From an uncultured Acidobacteriota bacterium (lineage in GTDB: Bacteria > Acidobacteriota > Polarisedimenticolia > Polarisedimenticolales > DASRJG01), in assembly GCA_964511835.1 (NCBI GenBank), contig CAZEII010000012.1, forward strand, positions 17,569 through 81,568: a stretch of DNA of 64,000 nt, given 5' to 3'. The notes under the pieces are model-generated. The model did no database searches and was not told the origin of the DNA. It was given only the letters and a program-made list of their open reading frames with translations. Positions 10,452-19,591 of the stretch are shown in pieces; the stretch's first letter is position 1, and each line of letters opens with the position of its first letter. The translations under genes and the position numbers were made by a program.

Positions 10452-11920
10452 TTAGGGGGGCGGCGAGGACTGTCGCGGCGATCGTGTTTTCCGCCTGGGC
10501 GACGACCGAAATCGCGATGGCCGATCGCGTTCCCAAGGGGGTGTGCTTCAAGAACGTCGACGACCGACTGGAAATCCTGTTGGCCGTCGATCTCAAACCC
10601 TCCCAGGCCCCGATGAAGCAATTGAAGGATGTCCAAGCACTTGGCCCGCTGTTCCAGTTTCTCGTGCAACATGCCGCGTGGATCGAGCCGAGCATCGCGC
10701 CCGAACGAGCGGTCAAACTTCATCTGCTTCGTAGTTACACCGTCAGATTCAAGCCCGGCGTCCACAAGACGCCTCAGGAATTGCTCGATCTGACACAGGG
10801 ATTGATTCAACTCGGTCCAACGGTGATTGCGCGCGCTGCGCCGGTCCCGAGCGCGCGACCTCCGAGCAACGATCCCTACGTCGGTGCGGGGCGCCCGGTG
10901 ACCTATCCTGCCCAGACTCCTTGCGGGACTCAGTGGTACCTGTTCGACACGGGAGTCGATTTCGCCTGGAATTGCTCAGCGACGGGGGCGTCGGTCGTCG
11001 TCGCCGATGTCGATTGGGGGTTTGACCTGACGCATTCTGAGCTTTCCGGCGCTTGGGACCCGAACCACACCTACGACATGTGCAACGGGGCAAGTGCTCC
11101 CGGGTGGGCCTACCACGGAACCGGGGTCGCCGGATTGATCGCCGCCCGACAAGACGGGAATGGAATTCAAGGGATCGCGTACCAGTCGACGATCTGGCCG
11201 ATCACGGCGTCCTGCTCGACAAACACCTATCTCCCCTGCGAGGCCAAATGGGAGAGTGGGAACCCTTGGGCGGATGCCATTGCGAAGGCTGCCACCGATC
11301 TCTGCGATAGTTGCAGAAAGGTCGTGGTTCTCGAGAACCAGACATGTTGCTACGGCAACTATGAAGCAAGCATTGCGGTCAACACGACGATCACAGCCGC
11401 GATCGCAAAAAAAGTCGTCGTGGTGGTCGCCGCCGGGAACGGTTACAAGGACGCCACGTACGACGATGTCGGTACTCTTATCCCAGAGAGCGGCGCAATC
11501 GTCGTCGGCTCCACCGATTATGTCGACGATTATCGCCTCTCGGCGGACAGCAATTTCGGTGCGCGTATCCTGGTTTCGGCGCCGGGGGACATGGACCACG
11601 ACCTGACTCTTACGACGGGTGGGCGGAAGTGCCTTGGCGAGCCGTCAGGTACGACGTACAGCGAGTGCTTCGGAGGCACCTCCGGCGCGGCCGCCAAGGT
11701 CGCTGGAGTCGTCGCGCTGATGCTCCAAAAGAATACCGGTCTAGATCCAGAAGGCGTGAGAGAAATCCTGAAGCGAGTCGGCAAGCCAGTGACATCCAGT
11801 GACGGAAAACAACCTGGCGGCGTTTTTCTAGACGCCCACTGCGCTGTCGCCGCCGCAGACCCTGTCAGTTGCGGGCCCGTTTGCCCAACCCCCACGCCGA
11901 CGCCGACACCAACCCCTTGA
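10448..11920 (+). CDS. Secreted S8 subtilisin-like serine protease with Pro/Thr-repeat tail
   Basis: Triad motifs VADVDWG, YHGTGVAG, GGTSGAAAKVAG; oxyanion AAGNG; ATGA overlap; ends PTPTPTPTP. Confidence 0.92.
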   Translation: MIRGAARTVAAIVFSAWATTEIAMADRVPKGVCFKNVDDRLEILLAVDLKPSQAPMKQLKDVQALGPLFQFLVQHAAWIEPSIAPERAVKLHLLRSYTVRFKPGVHKTPQELLDLTQGLIQLGPTVIARAAPVPSARPPSNDPYVGAGRPVTYPAQTPCGTQWYLFDTGVDFAWNCSATGASVVVADVDWGFDLTHSELSGAWDPNHTYDMCNGASAPGWAYHGTGVAGLIAARQDGNGIQGIAYQSTIWPITASCSTNTYLPCEAKWESGNPWADAIAKAATDLCDSCRKVVVLENQTCCYGNYEASIAVNTTITAAIAKKVVVVVAAGNGYKDATYDDVGTLIPESGAIVVGSTDYVDDYRLSADSNFGARILVSAPGDMDHDLTLTTGGRKCLGEPSGTTYSECFGGTSGAAAKVAGVVALMLQKNTGLDPEGVREILKRVGKPVTSSDGKQPGGVFLDAHCAVAAADPVSCGPVCPTPTPTPTPTP

Positions 11921-13227
11921 CGATCATGCTGCCGCCGCTTGCTGTCGCACTCGCGATCCTCGTCGCCGACGCTCGGGCGACCTCTCCGGTGATCTCCCCA
12001 ACGCAAGAGCTGGTGCTCGGCGAGAAGGCCTTGCAGCAGTATCTGGCGAAGCATCCGGAGACGGCGGATGCGGAGCTTGCCGATCGTGTCGACGCGATCG
12101 GCAGGCGGCTCTCCCCTTTCACGGACCGGCCCGAAGCATCTCACCGAGCGATCGTGGTCGCCGGAGACGAGATGCAAGCGGTGCCCTTCTTGGGCGGGAC
12201 GGTTGCCGTCACCGAGGGTCTGGGACGCGCGCTCGACGATGACGAGATCGCTTTCGCAGTCGGCCACGAGATGGCGCACATCGACCTTCGTCATCAGCCG
12301 GGGCGCGTGGTCGCCGAGGACGTGGTCCGGGAGGCGGCCGGAGCGACCTCGGCGGCGAGTGCGGCGCTGTCGGTGCACGACCGCCACGCCGAGCTGGAGG
12401 CCGACCGCTTCGGAGCCCTCTACGCCGTGCGAGCCGGGTTCCGTTTCAGCGCGGCGGTCGGTGCGCTGCGCAAGCTCCAGGAGAGCGGAGGCTTGGATCA
12501 GGACGCCAAACATCCCGACTACGCCGATCGGATCCAAGCTCTCGCGGGCTTCGAGGCGGAGCTGCGCCGCACGCTCACGGCGTTCGATCGGGGATGCGCC
12601 GCGCTCAAGGATGCGAGGCTGACCGACGCGGTCGAGTACTTCTCGCTCTTCGTCGCGGACTTTCCCAACAGTCTCGCCGGACGGATCGATCTCGGAGCGG
12701 CGTATCTGTCGCGCTGGCGCGCCGGCCACGGCCCGACCGAGGGGCTGGCGGAGGAGCTTCCCATCCTGTCCGATCCTGGGGTCTCCGTTCGGTCCGGGCT
12801 CGCGGACGCCGACGCGCGCAACGCGCGCTCGCACTTCGAGGCGGCGCTGCGGCTCGATCCGGGCTCGGTGCCGGCCCGCGCCGGGTTCGCGCTTCTTCTG
12901 ATCCGCGAGGGTCAGATCGCCGAGGCTCGAGGCTACCTGCGCCCCGTCGCGAACGATCCCCAGCTCGGGCCCGAGGTCACGCTGCTCCTCGGCAACGCCG
13001 ACTACCTCGACGGGGCGTGGGCGGCCGCGGCCGCGCACTACGAGCAGGCGCTCCAGGCGCGCCCAGGCTGGAGCGGCGCGCGAGCGAACCTCGCGCGTGC
13101 GCTCGAACGCCAAGGCAAGGACAAGGAATCGAGAGCCCAGTGGGAGATGCTGCGCGACGATCCCGTTTGGGGCGACGAGGCTCGCCGGCGGACGGAGGCT
13201 GCGCCGCAGCAAGCGAATCCGAAATAG
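11917..13227 (+). CDS. M48 family metallopeptidase with C-terminal TPRs
   Basis: GHEMAH, ELEADRFG, HPDYADRI and TPR repeats; TTGA overlap (alternative ATG at 11926). Confidence 0.88.
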   Translation: MTIMLPPLAVALAILVADARATSPVISPTQELVLGEKALQQYLAKHPETADAELADRVDAIGRRLSPFTDRPEASHRAIVVAGDEMQAVPFLGGTVAVTEGLGRALDDDEIAFAVGHEMAHIDLRHQPGRVVAEDVVREAAGATSAASAALSVHDRHAELEADRFGALYAVRAGFRFSAAVGALRKLQESGGLDQDAKHPDYADRIQALAGFEAELRRTLTAFDRGCAALKDARLTDAVEYFSLFVADFPNSLAGRIDLGAAYLSRWRAGHGPTEGLAEELPILSDPGVSVRSGLADADARNARSHFEAALRLDPGSVPARAGFALLLIREGQIAEARGYLRPVANDPQLGPEVTLLLGNADYLDGAWAAAAAHYEQALQARPGWSGARANLARALERQGKDKESRAQWEMLRDDPVWGDEARRRTEAAPQQANPK

Positions 13228-13250
13228 CTGCTCGACCCAGGAGGACTGTC

Positions 13251-14081
13251 ATGCATCGTCGACTGATCGGCATCGTCTTGGTGATTGCAACGTCAACGGT
13301 TGCGAGCGCGCAGAGCATCAATCTTCTCTCCTCCACGAGGAATGAGGTCTATAGGGAACAGGCGCGTGCCGACGGGTTCGAGCCCGCGCTTCAGATGGCC
13401 GTTCCGATCGGCGCCACCGCGGGTCTCGCCGAGCACGATTCGGACGTCGGTGCGGTGCTCGGATTTCAGCTGTGGAAGAAGGATGTAGGCTTCCTCGCCG
13501 TCTTCTTCAGCTTCTCGGGGGCGCAGACGATCAGCGGGAGCCAGAGCGAATTCGGCTCCTTCCTCCTGAACCCGGCGACGAACGGCAACTCGTTCTATCT
13601 CGCAGGTAACCGAGTTTGGCAAGCCGGACACGCTCCTCTGTGGATGGGACCTTCGGGAAGAATCGGCGTCACCCGGAGCACCTGGGAGGCCACGACGGCG
13701 GCCGGCGCGCAGTCGGTCGGAGGATTCGTAGGCTATTTCTCCCCGACGTTCCTTCTGACGTCGGGAACCTACAGCACGACGACCGGCGACCGCAACGAAT
13801 ACCAGTTCGGTTTGGAGGTCGGCCCGAGCCTGCGCCTTCTGGGCGGCGATCTCGCGCAGTCGGACGCGTTCCTCTCGGATCCCACCGTGCTCGGCTCAGC
13901 GGATCACTCCTACCTCGGCTACGAGCTGACCTTCTTCGCACGCCTCAACTCCGCTCAACCGTTCATCCGGATCAGCCACTTCAGCGCCGACAATCCGATC
14001 TCGGGCTTCAGCGGCACGCAGGCCATCATCGGCTTCAACATCCTCACGTCCGTGTTCAAGAGCGAGGTCAAGCAGCAGTAA
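13251..14081 (+). CDS. Secreted beta-rich hypothetical protein (possible outer-membrane protein)
   Basis: GGAGGA RBS, signal peptide MHRRLIGIVLVIATSTVASA, aromatic-rich strands. Confidence 0.75.
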   Translation: MHRRLIGIVLVIATSTVASAQSINLLSSTRNEVYREQARADGFEPALQMAVPIGATAGLAEHDSDVGAVLGFQLWKKDVGFLAVFFSFSGAQTISGSQSEFGSFLLNPATNGNSFYLAGNRVWQAGHAPLWMGPSGRIGVTRSTWEATTAAGAQSVGGFVGYFSPTFLLTSGTYSTTTGDRNEYQFGLEVGPSLRLLGGDLAQSDAFLSDPTVLGSADHSYLGYELTFFARLNSAQPFIRISHFSADNPISGFSGTQAIIGFNILTSVFKSEVKQQ

Positions 14082-14091
14082 CCGCACGCCC

Positions 14092-14496
14092 TCACGCCTT
14101 CTCCTTCGGCGCCATGACGAACACGTAGACGAGAAGGGCAAGGCCGACGAGCATCGGAATCAGCGCGACGAAGTGGGCTTGGTTGTGCCCCTCGACGTTC
14201 ATGAGGAACACCCAGAGGCCGACCCCCACGCCGAGGGTGATCAGGCCGCCGAGCTTCAGGCCTTCGCGCTGGCGCCTGGCGGCCGCTCGCTCGTGCTCGC
14301 GAAACAGCTCGATCGCGGCGTTGGCTCCGGGCTGCGGCGTCTCCGCGATTTTCTTGAGAACCTCCCCGCGGTAGAACGCCTCGCGCTCGCGGCGGCGAGC
14401 GTCCGCCCAGGACACCACCGCCAGGAACCCGAAGAGGGCAAACGACCCGACCATGCACATGAACATTGCGGCGACGGCGACGGTGTAATCCGACAT
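14092..14496 (-). CDS. Small membrane protein, DUF6249-like
   Basis: N-terminal TM, RRREREAFYRGEVLKKIAE, two C-terminal TMs (LKLGGLITLGVGVGL, LIPMLVGLALL); GGAGGA upstream. Confidence 0.75.
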   Translation of the reverse strand: MSDYTVAVAAMFMCMVGSFALFGFLAVVSWADARRREREAFYRGEVLKKIAETPQPGANAAIELFREHERAAARRQREGLKLGGLITLGVGVGLWVFLMNVEGHNQAHFVALIPMLVGLALLVYVFVMAPKEKA

Positions 14497-14533
14497 CGTA
14501 TCCTCCGTTGCGACGTTCGATCGCACGAGGTGA

Positions 14534-14620
14534 GACCCCGACGGACCCCTCCCGGTTGCATTATTTGTGAGAGCCGAGCGGACACGAAGAAAATGCAACC
14601 GGCGGCGAGACCCGGGCGTC
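14534..14620. promoter_or_regulatory. Back-to-back ECF-type promoters (TGCAAC-N17-CGTC on +; TGCAAC-N17-GGTC on -)
   Basis: Perfect 11-bp inverted repeat CCGGTTGCATT (14552-14562) / AATGCAACCGG (14592-14602); -10-like boxes at 14617-14620 and 14534-14537. Confidence 0.6.
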
Positions 14621-14645
14621 CCACGGATGCAGGCGGTATTGCAAG

Positions 14646-15212
14646 GTGAGCCGTGACGAAAACCGCGACGACGTCCGAGCCGTGCTGGCGGGCGACCCTG
14701 CCGCGTTCGACGGCATCGTTCGCCGGTGGCAGGGGCCGCTCGTGAATCTCGCCTACCGGTTCTGCCGGGACCGCGGGAGGGCCGAAGACCTGGCGCAGGA
14801 CGCCTTCCTGCGAGCGTACCGAAAGCTCGACACGTGGCGCGAGGACTCCGCGTTCTCGACGTGGCTCTTCGCGCTCGCGCTGAACGTCTATCGCTCCGAG
14901 CTGCGACGCATCCCCCCGCGGTCCATCTCGATCGAGGACATCGGCGAGCTTCGCGACCAGCGCCCGCCACTCGGCGGCGTCGACGTCGAGGACCGCGATC
15001 GCGCCGTCCGCGCCTCGGTCCATGCCTTGCCGCCGAACTACCGCGATGCGATGATCGTCTTCTACTTCCACGGGATGGACGTGCCGGCGGCGGCGCGATC
15101 CCTCGGCGTCGCGGAGGGTACGTTGAAGGCCCGGCTGTTTCGTGGCCGCGAGCTTCTGCGGAAGAAGCTGTCCGTGCTGTTGTCCGCGCCGCGCGTCGAG
15201 GAGGCCCGATGA
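14646..15212 (+). CDS. ECF RNA polymerase sigma factor
   Basis: AEDLAQDAFLRAY, FSTWLFALALN, ALPPNYRDAMIVFYF, GTLKARLFRGRELL. Confidence 0.93.
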   Translation: MSRDENRDDVRAVLAGDPAAFDGIVRRWQGPLVNLAYRFCRDRGRAEDLAQDAFLRAYRKLDTWREDSAFSTWLFALALNVYRSELRRIPPRSISIEDIGELRDQRPPLGGVDVEDRDRAVRASVHALPPNYRDAMIVFYFHGMDVPAAARSLGVAEGTLKARLFRGRELLRKKLSVLLSAPRVEEAR

Positions 15213-15574
15213 ATCATGACGACATCGATCGGATCCTCTCCGGAGACGACGATCTCCTGCCGTCCTCGGGTTTCCGGGAGTCGGTCATGGACGCCGTGCG
15301 TCGCGACGCCGCGACGCCCCCTCCGATTCCATTCCCGTGGAGGCGCGTCCGGCTGGCGATCGTCGTCGCGTCGCTCGCGCTGGTCGGAGGCATGGCCCTG
15401 CTCGTCGTCCAGCCGCGCCCCACGCCCTCGCCGCGGCTCTCTGCGCCCGACGCGACCGCCGCGCTCGAAGCCTTGGTTCGGCCGGCGACGAGCGTGGGAC
15501 TGCACTGGGTGCTGCTCGCGATCGTGCTGACGCTCGCCTCGGTTGCGCTCGCGAGACGAATCGCCCGGGTCTAG
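15209..15574 (+). CDS. Putative membrane anti-sigma factor
   Basis: ATGA overlap with sigma; short cytoplasmic N-terminus and two TM segments. Confidence 0.7.
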   Translation: MNHDDIDRILSGDDDLLPSSGFRESVMDAVRRDAATPPPIPFPWRRVRLAIVVASLALVGGMALLVVQPRPTPSPRLSAPDATAALEALVRPATSVGLHWVLLAIVLTLASVALARRIARV

Positions 15575-15575
15575 G

Positions 15576-16229
15576 TCATCGAACGAACGGGATCAAGGCT
15601 CCCACCTCGCGGCGATAGCTCTCGTAGGCTTCGCCAAATGCGGCGACGAGCATGGCGTCCTCGACGCGGATCCGGTAGGCGTAGGCGGCGGACGTCGCGA
15701 TGATCGAGCCAAGGAACACGAAGAGGTTCCCTGACGTGAGGGCGATCCCGTTCAGGCAGAGGAGCGATCCCAGGTAACCCGGATGACGGACGAACCGGAA
15801 CGGGCCGCTCCTCTCGACGGTGTGGTTTTCGTGAACGAGGAGCGTTCGGGTGTACCGCTCGCGCAAGGTGAGGAGCGCCCACATGCGGAGGGCGATCCCC
15901 ACGAGGCCTAGCCCAGCGCCGACCCACGCAACGGCCGGCATTCCGGGAAAGGCGCCGGCGGCGCCCAGCCAGCCGGGCAACGGCCCTGCGTATCCGGGAC
16001 GCGACCGGAGCATTGCGGCGACGAACCCGAAGATCGGCACGATCGAGGACAGCGAAACCGCGATCGTGCTTCCTCGGTCCGCGGCCCCGGCGCTGTGCGT
16101 CCGCGCTCTGGCGCCGAACCGGATCTCGGCCTGAATCGCGTAGAGCAGGAGCAAGAGCACGCCCGCCATCCCGTAAGCGGGCAGGTCGAGCCCCAACGCC
16201 TGCGCGAGACGCTCGAGGATGTCGGACAT
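15576..16229 (-). CDS. Isoprenylcysteine carboxyl methyltransferase (ICMT/PEMT) family membrane protein
   Basis: GPFRFVRHPGYLG, RIRVEDAML...Y..YRREV motifs; multiple TMs. Confidence 0.88.
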   Translation of the reverse strand: MSDILERLAQALGLDLPAYGMAGVLLLLLYAIQAEIRFGARARTHSAGAADRGSTIAVSLSSIVPIFGFVAAMLRSRPGYAGPLPGWLGAAGAFPGMPAVAWVGAGLGLVGIALRMWALLTLRERYTRTLLVHENHTVERSGPFRFVRHPGYLGSLLCLNGIALTSGNLFVFLGSIIATSAAYAYRIRVEDAMLVAAFGEAYESYRREVGALIPFVR

Positions 16230-16404
16230 CGAGCCTCCCTCGTCCTTATACGGCCCCGCGAGCTACGGGGTTATCCGGTCGGCCACCGCCCGCATGAGCG
16301 CGTCGGCGCGGACGGAGCCGACGACACGACGGGAGCACGCGGACGTCTCGTCTTACGCGAATTGTACCCGGATGGCGGGACTCCGATAGGCTTATCCATG
16401 GGAG

Positions 16405-16686
16405 ATGCCGATGGTGACCCGCGTCCGTCTCGTCGTCTTCGGGCTCGTGCAAGGAGTGGGGTTCCGTTACGCGGCGCGCGACGCAGCGCTCGATTGCGGC
16501 GTCGACGGCTGGGTGCGCAATCTCGCGGACGGCTCCGTCGAGATCGTGGCGCAGGGCTCGGTGACCGCGGTCGCGCGCATGACGGCTTGGGCCGAGCGAG
16601 GGCCGCGCCACGCCTTGGTGGAGCGCGTCGTCGTCGATCGATTGCAGCCCGAGGGCGATCTGATCGCATTCGACATCCGCCGTTGA
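16405..16686 (+). CDS. acyP: Acylphosphatase
   Basis: GLVQGVGFRY and GWVRNLADGSVE signatures. Confidence 0.93.
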   Translation: MPMVTRVRLVVFGLVQGVGFRYAARDAALDCGVDGWVRNLADGSVEIVAQGSVTAVARMTAWAERGPRHALVERVVVDRLQPEGDLIAFDIRR

Positions 16687-16739
16687 TGGGTTGAAAACGA
16701 ACGCGCGCCGTCGTCATCCCACGACTACAATCGTGGCTC

Positions 16740-17663
16740 ATGAAGATCGCGGTGTTCGGCACCGGCGCCGTCGGAGGGTACTTCGGGGGCAGACTCCTGG
16801 CCGCGGGCGAGAACGTCTCGTTCATCGCGCGGGGGCGGCTCCTCGAGACGCTGCGGCACGACGGCCTCTTCATCCAGAGCCCGAATGGCGATCTCCACCT
16901 GAGCGGTCTCGCCGCAACCGATCGGCCCGAGGAGATCGGCCCGGTCGACGTCGTCCTCTTCTGCGTCAAGCTCTACGACGCGGAGCAAGCGGCGGGGCGG
17001 CTCGCGCCGCTCCTCGGCCCCGGCTCGGTCGTCGTCACGATTCAGAACGGGGTCGAGGTCGTCGACCTCGTCTCGCGCAAGGTCGGCGCCGAGCGCGTCG
17101 CCGGCGGAGCGGCCTACATCATGGCGGCGATGGAATCACCCGGGCGCATTCGCCACATGGGCGCGGACCACCTGGTGTTCGGGGAGCGGGACGGCTCGCG
17201 CTCCCCTCGCCTCGCCGCCTTCGACGCTGCCGGAACGCGGGCGGGTTTCAAGACCACCTTGAGCACGTCGATCGAGGTCGACCTGTGGACCAAGTTCGTC
17301 CGCCTCGCGACGTGGGCGGGCCTGACCTCGGTCGCGCGATCGACCGTCGGCGTCATCCGAGACGACCCGGCGCTGGCCGCGATGATGCGCGCCGCCCTCG
17401 ACGAGGCGGTCGCCGTGGGCCGCGCTCGCGGCGTAGCGCTCTCTCCGGACATCGCGGCGGAGACCGATGCTCTGGTGCATCGTTTCCCGCACGACGCGAA
17501 ATCCTCGATGCTGGAAGATCTCGAGCGCGGCCGGCGCCTGGAGCTGCCGTGGCTGTCCGGCGCCATCGTTCGCATGGGGCGCGAGGGCGGCGTCGCGACT
17601 CCGATCCACGGCTTCATCGCGGCCGTCCTCGGACCCTTCGCCGCGGGAGCGCGCCCCGCCTAG
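16740..17663 (+). CDS. panE: 2-dehydropantoate 2-reductase (ketopantoate reductase family)
   Basis: GTGAVGGYFG, FCVKLYD, IQNGVE, LWTKF, SSMLEDLERGRRLE. Confidence 0.9.
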   Translation: MKIAVFGTGAVGGYFGGRLLAAGENVSFIARGRLLETLRHDGLFIQSPNGDLHLSGLAATDRPEEIGPVDVVLFCVKLYDAEQAAGRLAPLLGPGSVVVTIQNGVEVVDLVSRKVGAERVAGGAAYIMAAMESPGRIRHMGADHLVFGERDGSRSPRLAAFDAAGTRAGFKTTLSTSIEVDLWTKFVRLATWAGLTSVARSTVGVIRDDPALAAMMRAALDEAVAVGRARGVALSPDIAAETDALVHRFPHDAKSSMLEDLERGRRLELPWLSGAIVRMGREGGVATPIHGFIAAVLGPFAAGARPA

Positions 17664-17695
17664 CTACGTACTCGCGGCCCCGATCACTCGAACGG

Positions 17696-18550
17696 TCAGG
17701 CAGCCGGCAGGTGCGCCACGAGCCACTTCGTCACGTCGGCGACCACTGCCTCTCGGCCGATATCGTTCAACGGATCGTGATAGTACCCCTCGTAAAGCTT
17801 CAAATTCTTGTCGACCGAGCCGGCCGTCTCGAAGAAGTACTTGCTCCCGCTCGGCTTGGTCGCTTTGTCGGCGGTGCCGTGGAGGATGAGCACCGGCAAC
17901 GTGATGCGCGGGAAGTCCTTCTTGAGCCTTTCGTCGGCGCGAACCATCGCGGCGACCGTCTGCGTCGACTGCGTCTCGTGGGCGATCAGCGGGTCGGCGT
18001 TCATCGCCGCGACGACGTTGGGATCTCGCGAGAAGTCCTCGTTCTTGAGCTTGAGCACGTGGGCGTGAGGCGCCACGTGACTGAGCCCCTTGAGCACGGC
18101 GAGGGCGAAATCGGGGGCGGGCACCTGGTAGGCGAAGCTCTCGCAGATCAGCCCCGCGATCTCCGACGCATGGTCGATCGCGTAGACGCAGGAGACGACG
18201 CCGCCGGCGCTGTGACCCAACACGAACGCTGGAACACCGGGCTCGCGCGATTTGGCCATGGCGACGCACGCCGCGACGTCGCTGACGTAGTCTTCGAAGG
18301 TCTGCACGTAGAAGCGCTCGCCATCCGACTTGCCTCGGCCGCGAAGATCGAGCGCGTAGACGGCGCATCCGGCGGACACCAGATGCTCCGCCACCCAGCC
18401 GTAATACCCGCTGTGCGAGTTGAATCCCGGGACGATGACGACCAATCCGCGAGGCTTCGCATCCGGCCGCCACGCTCTGAAGTAGATGTTGAGATCACCG
18501 GCGCTCTTGAAGGTCCCTTCGATCTCCGTCTTCACCGACACTTGTCCCAT
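17696..18550 (-). CDS. Alpha/beta hydrolase, lysophospholipase/monoacylglycerol lipase family
   Basis: DLRGRGKSDG, nucleophile GHSAGG, ILHGTADK, YHDPLND. Confidence 0.9.
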   Translation of the reverse strand: MGQVSVKTEIEGTFKSAGDLNIYFRAWRPDAKPRGLVVIVPGFNSHSGYYGWVAEHLVSAGCAVYALDLRGRGKSDGERFYVQTFEDYVSDVAACVAMAKSREPGVPAFVLGHSAGGVVSCVYAIDHASEIAGLICESFAYQVPAPDFALAVLKGLSHVAPHAHVLKLKNEDFSRDPNVVAAMNADPLIAHETQSTQTVAAMVRADERLKKDFPRITLPVLILHGTADKATKPSGSKYFFETAGSVDKNLKLYEGYYHDPLNDIGREAVVADVTKWLVAHLPAA

Positions 18551-18600
18551 GGGAGCCTCCTGTTCAATCGGTTTTCGATCCCCGCTGCCTTGCGCTCGTC

Positions 18601-18846
18601 TTACTGCTCGTACTTCTCGACGATCTCGGGGGGACGCACGCGGGCGTGCTCGGGGTCCTCCCCGAACTCCCGGAGGGCACGGCGCTGGCGCAGCAGATCC
18701 CAGCATTGGTCGAGCTCGACCTGGATGGCTTGCAGGCGTTCGTGGTCCGCGCCCGACAGCGCCTTCTGTTTGCGCAGTCCGTGCTCCTCGCCCACGAGGT
18801 CTTCGATGTGCTTCCGGATCGGCTGATCCAGTTTGTCGTCCGCCAT
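18601..18846 (-). CDS. DUF2630 family protein
   Basis: LVGEEHGLR, VELDQCWDLLRQRRA, RPPEIVEKYEQ. Confidence 0.88.
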   Translation of the reverse strand: MADDKLDQPIRKHIEDLVGEEHGLRKQKALSGADHERLQAIQVELDQCWDLLRQRRALREFGEDPEHARVRPPEIVEKYEQ

Positions 18847-18848
18847 GT

Positions 18849-19439
18849 TCAGTCCGCCTTGACCAGAGGCACGTCCACGACGTGCTCGGAAAGAAACCAG
18901 ACCTGCTTCTCGTTTCCGCGGATGACATCCGAGACGAGAAGGTCGTTCGTGCCGTCGTCCCCCGACTCCGCGGCCAGCCGCGCCATCGAGCGCGCCTCCT
19001 CGATGAGGATCTCGTGCGCGTGCAACAGCCTCGAGATCTGGACCGGCGGCTCCTCGCGCCCCTTGGGCGGCCGCGGGATGATCGTGGTCTCTGCGATGTC
19101 CGCCGCCATCGCGAGGCTGACCCCGCCGAGCATCTGAATCCTCTCCGCGATCACGTCGACCAGCTCGCTCTGACCTTCGAAGTGCTTGTCGAAGAGCAAA
19201 TGCAGCTGGTAGAACGTCGGGCCTCCCGTCTGCCAGTGATGCTTCTTGTAGAGGTCGCGCAGCGTGATCGTGTCCGCGAGGACTTGATTGAGATTCTCGA
19301 CGCTCTGCTGCGCCGCGGTCTCGGAGAGCGCGATCGGCCGCCGCGTCATGCGGCCGTAGCCCTGGAACTCGCGCCCCTTCTGGTGGTCGATCGGACGAGC
19401 GCGGTCGTCGTCCGTCCGCTCATGGGTGGATCTGGTCAT
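18849..19439 (-). CDS. dps: Dps family DNA starvation/stationary-phase protection protein
   Basis: LYKKHHWQT, LHLLFDKH, DVIAERIQMLGG, DDGTNDLL, EKQVWFL. Confidence 0.92.
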   Translation of the reverse strand: MTRSTHERTDDDRARPIDHQKGREFQGYGRMTRRPIALSETAAQQSVENLNQVLADTITLRDLYKKHHWQTGGPTFYQLHLLFDKHFEGQSELVDVIAERIQMLGGVSLAMAADIAETTIIPRPPKGREEPPVQISRLLHAHEILIEEARSMARLAAESGDDGTNDLLVSDVIRGNEKQVWFLSEHVVDVPLVKAD

Positions 19440-19591
19440 ATCGGATGTCTCCTTCCGTGCGTGGGAGGGATCTTACGCCTCCTACGCTCAACCGGCGAGC
19501 AACTCCGCTGACCGAGACCGTGTAAATACTTCGACCCGGTTCGCGCCGCCGCACCGATGAGGCGGAGAATGTCGACGGAAAGGGTGACGCC

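Noticed and set aside
11886-11917. Short tandem repeats (PTPTPT here; poly-Pro at about 46090-46170 and 46920-46950)
   Set aside because: Low-complexity coding linkers, not CRISPR or mobile repeats.
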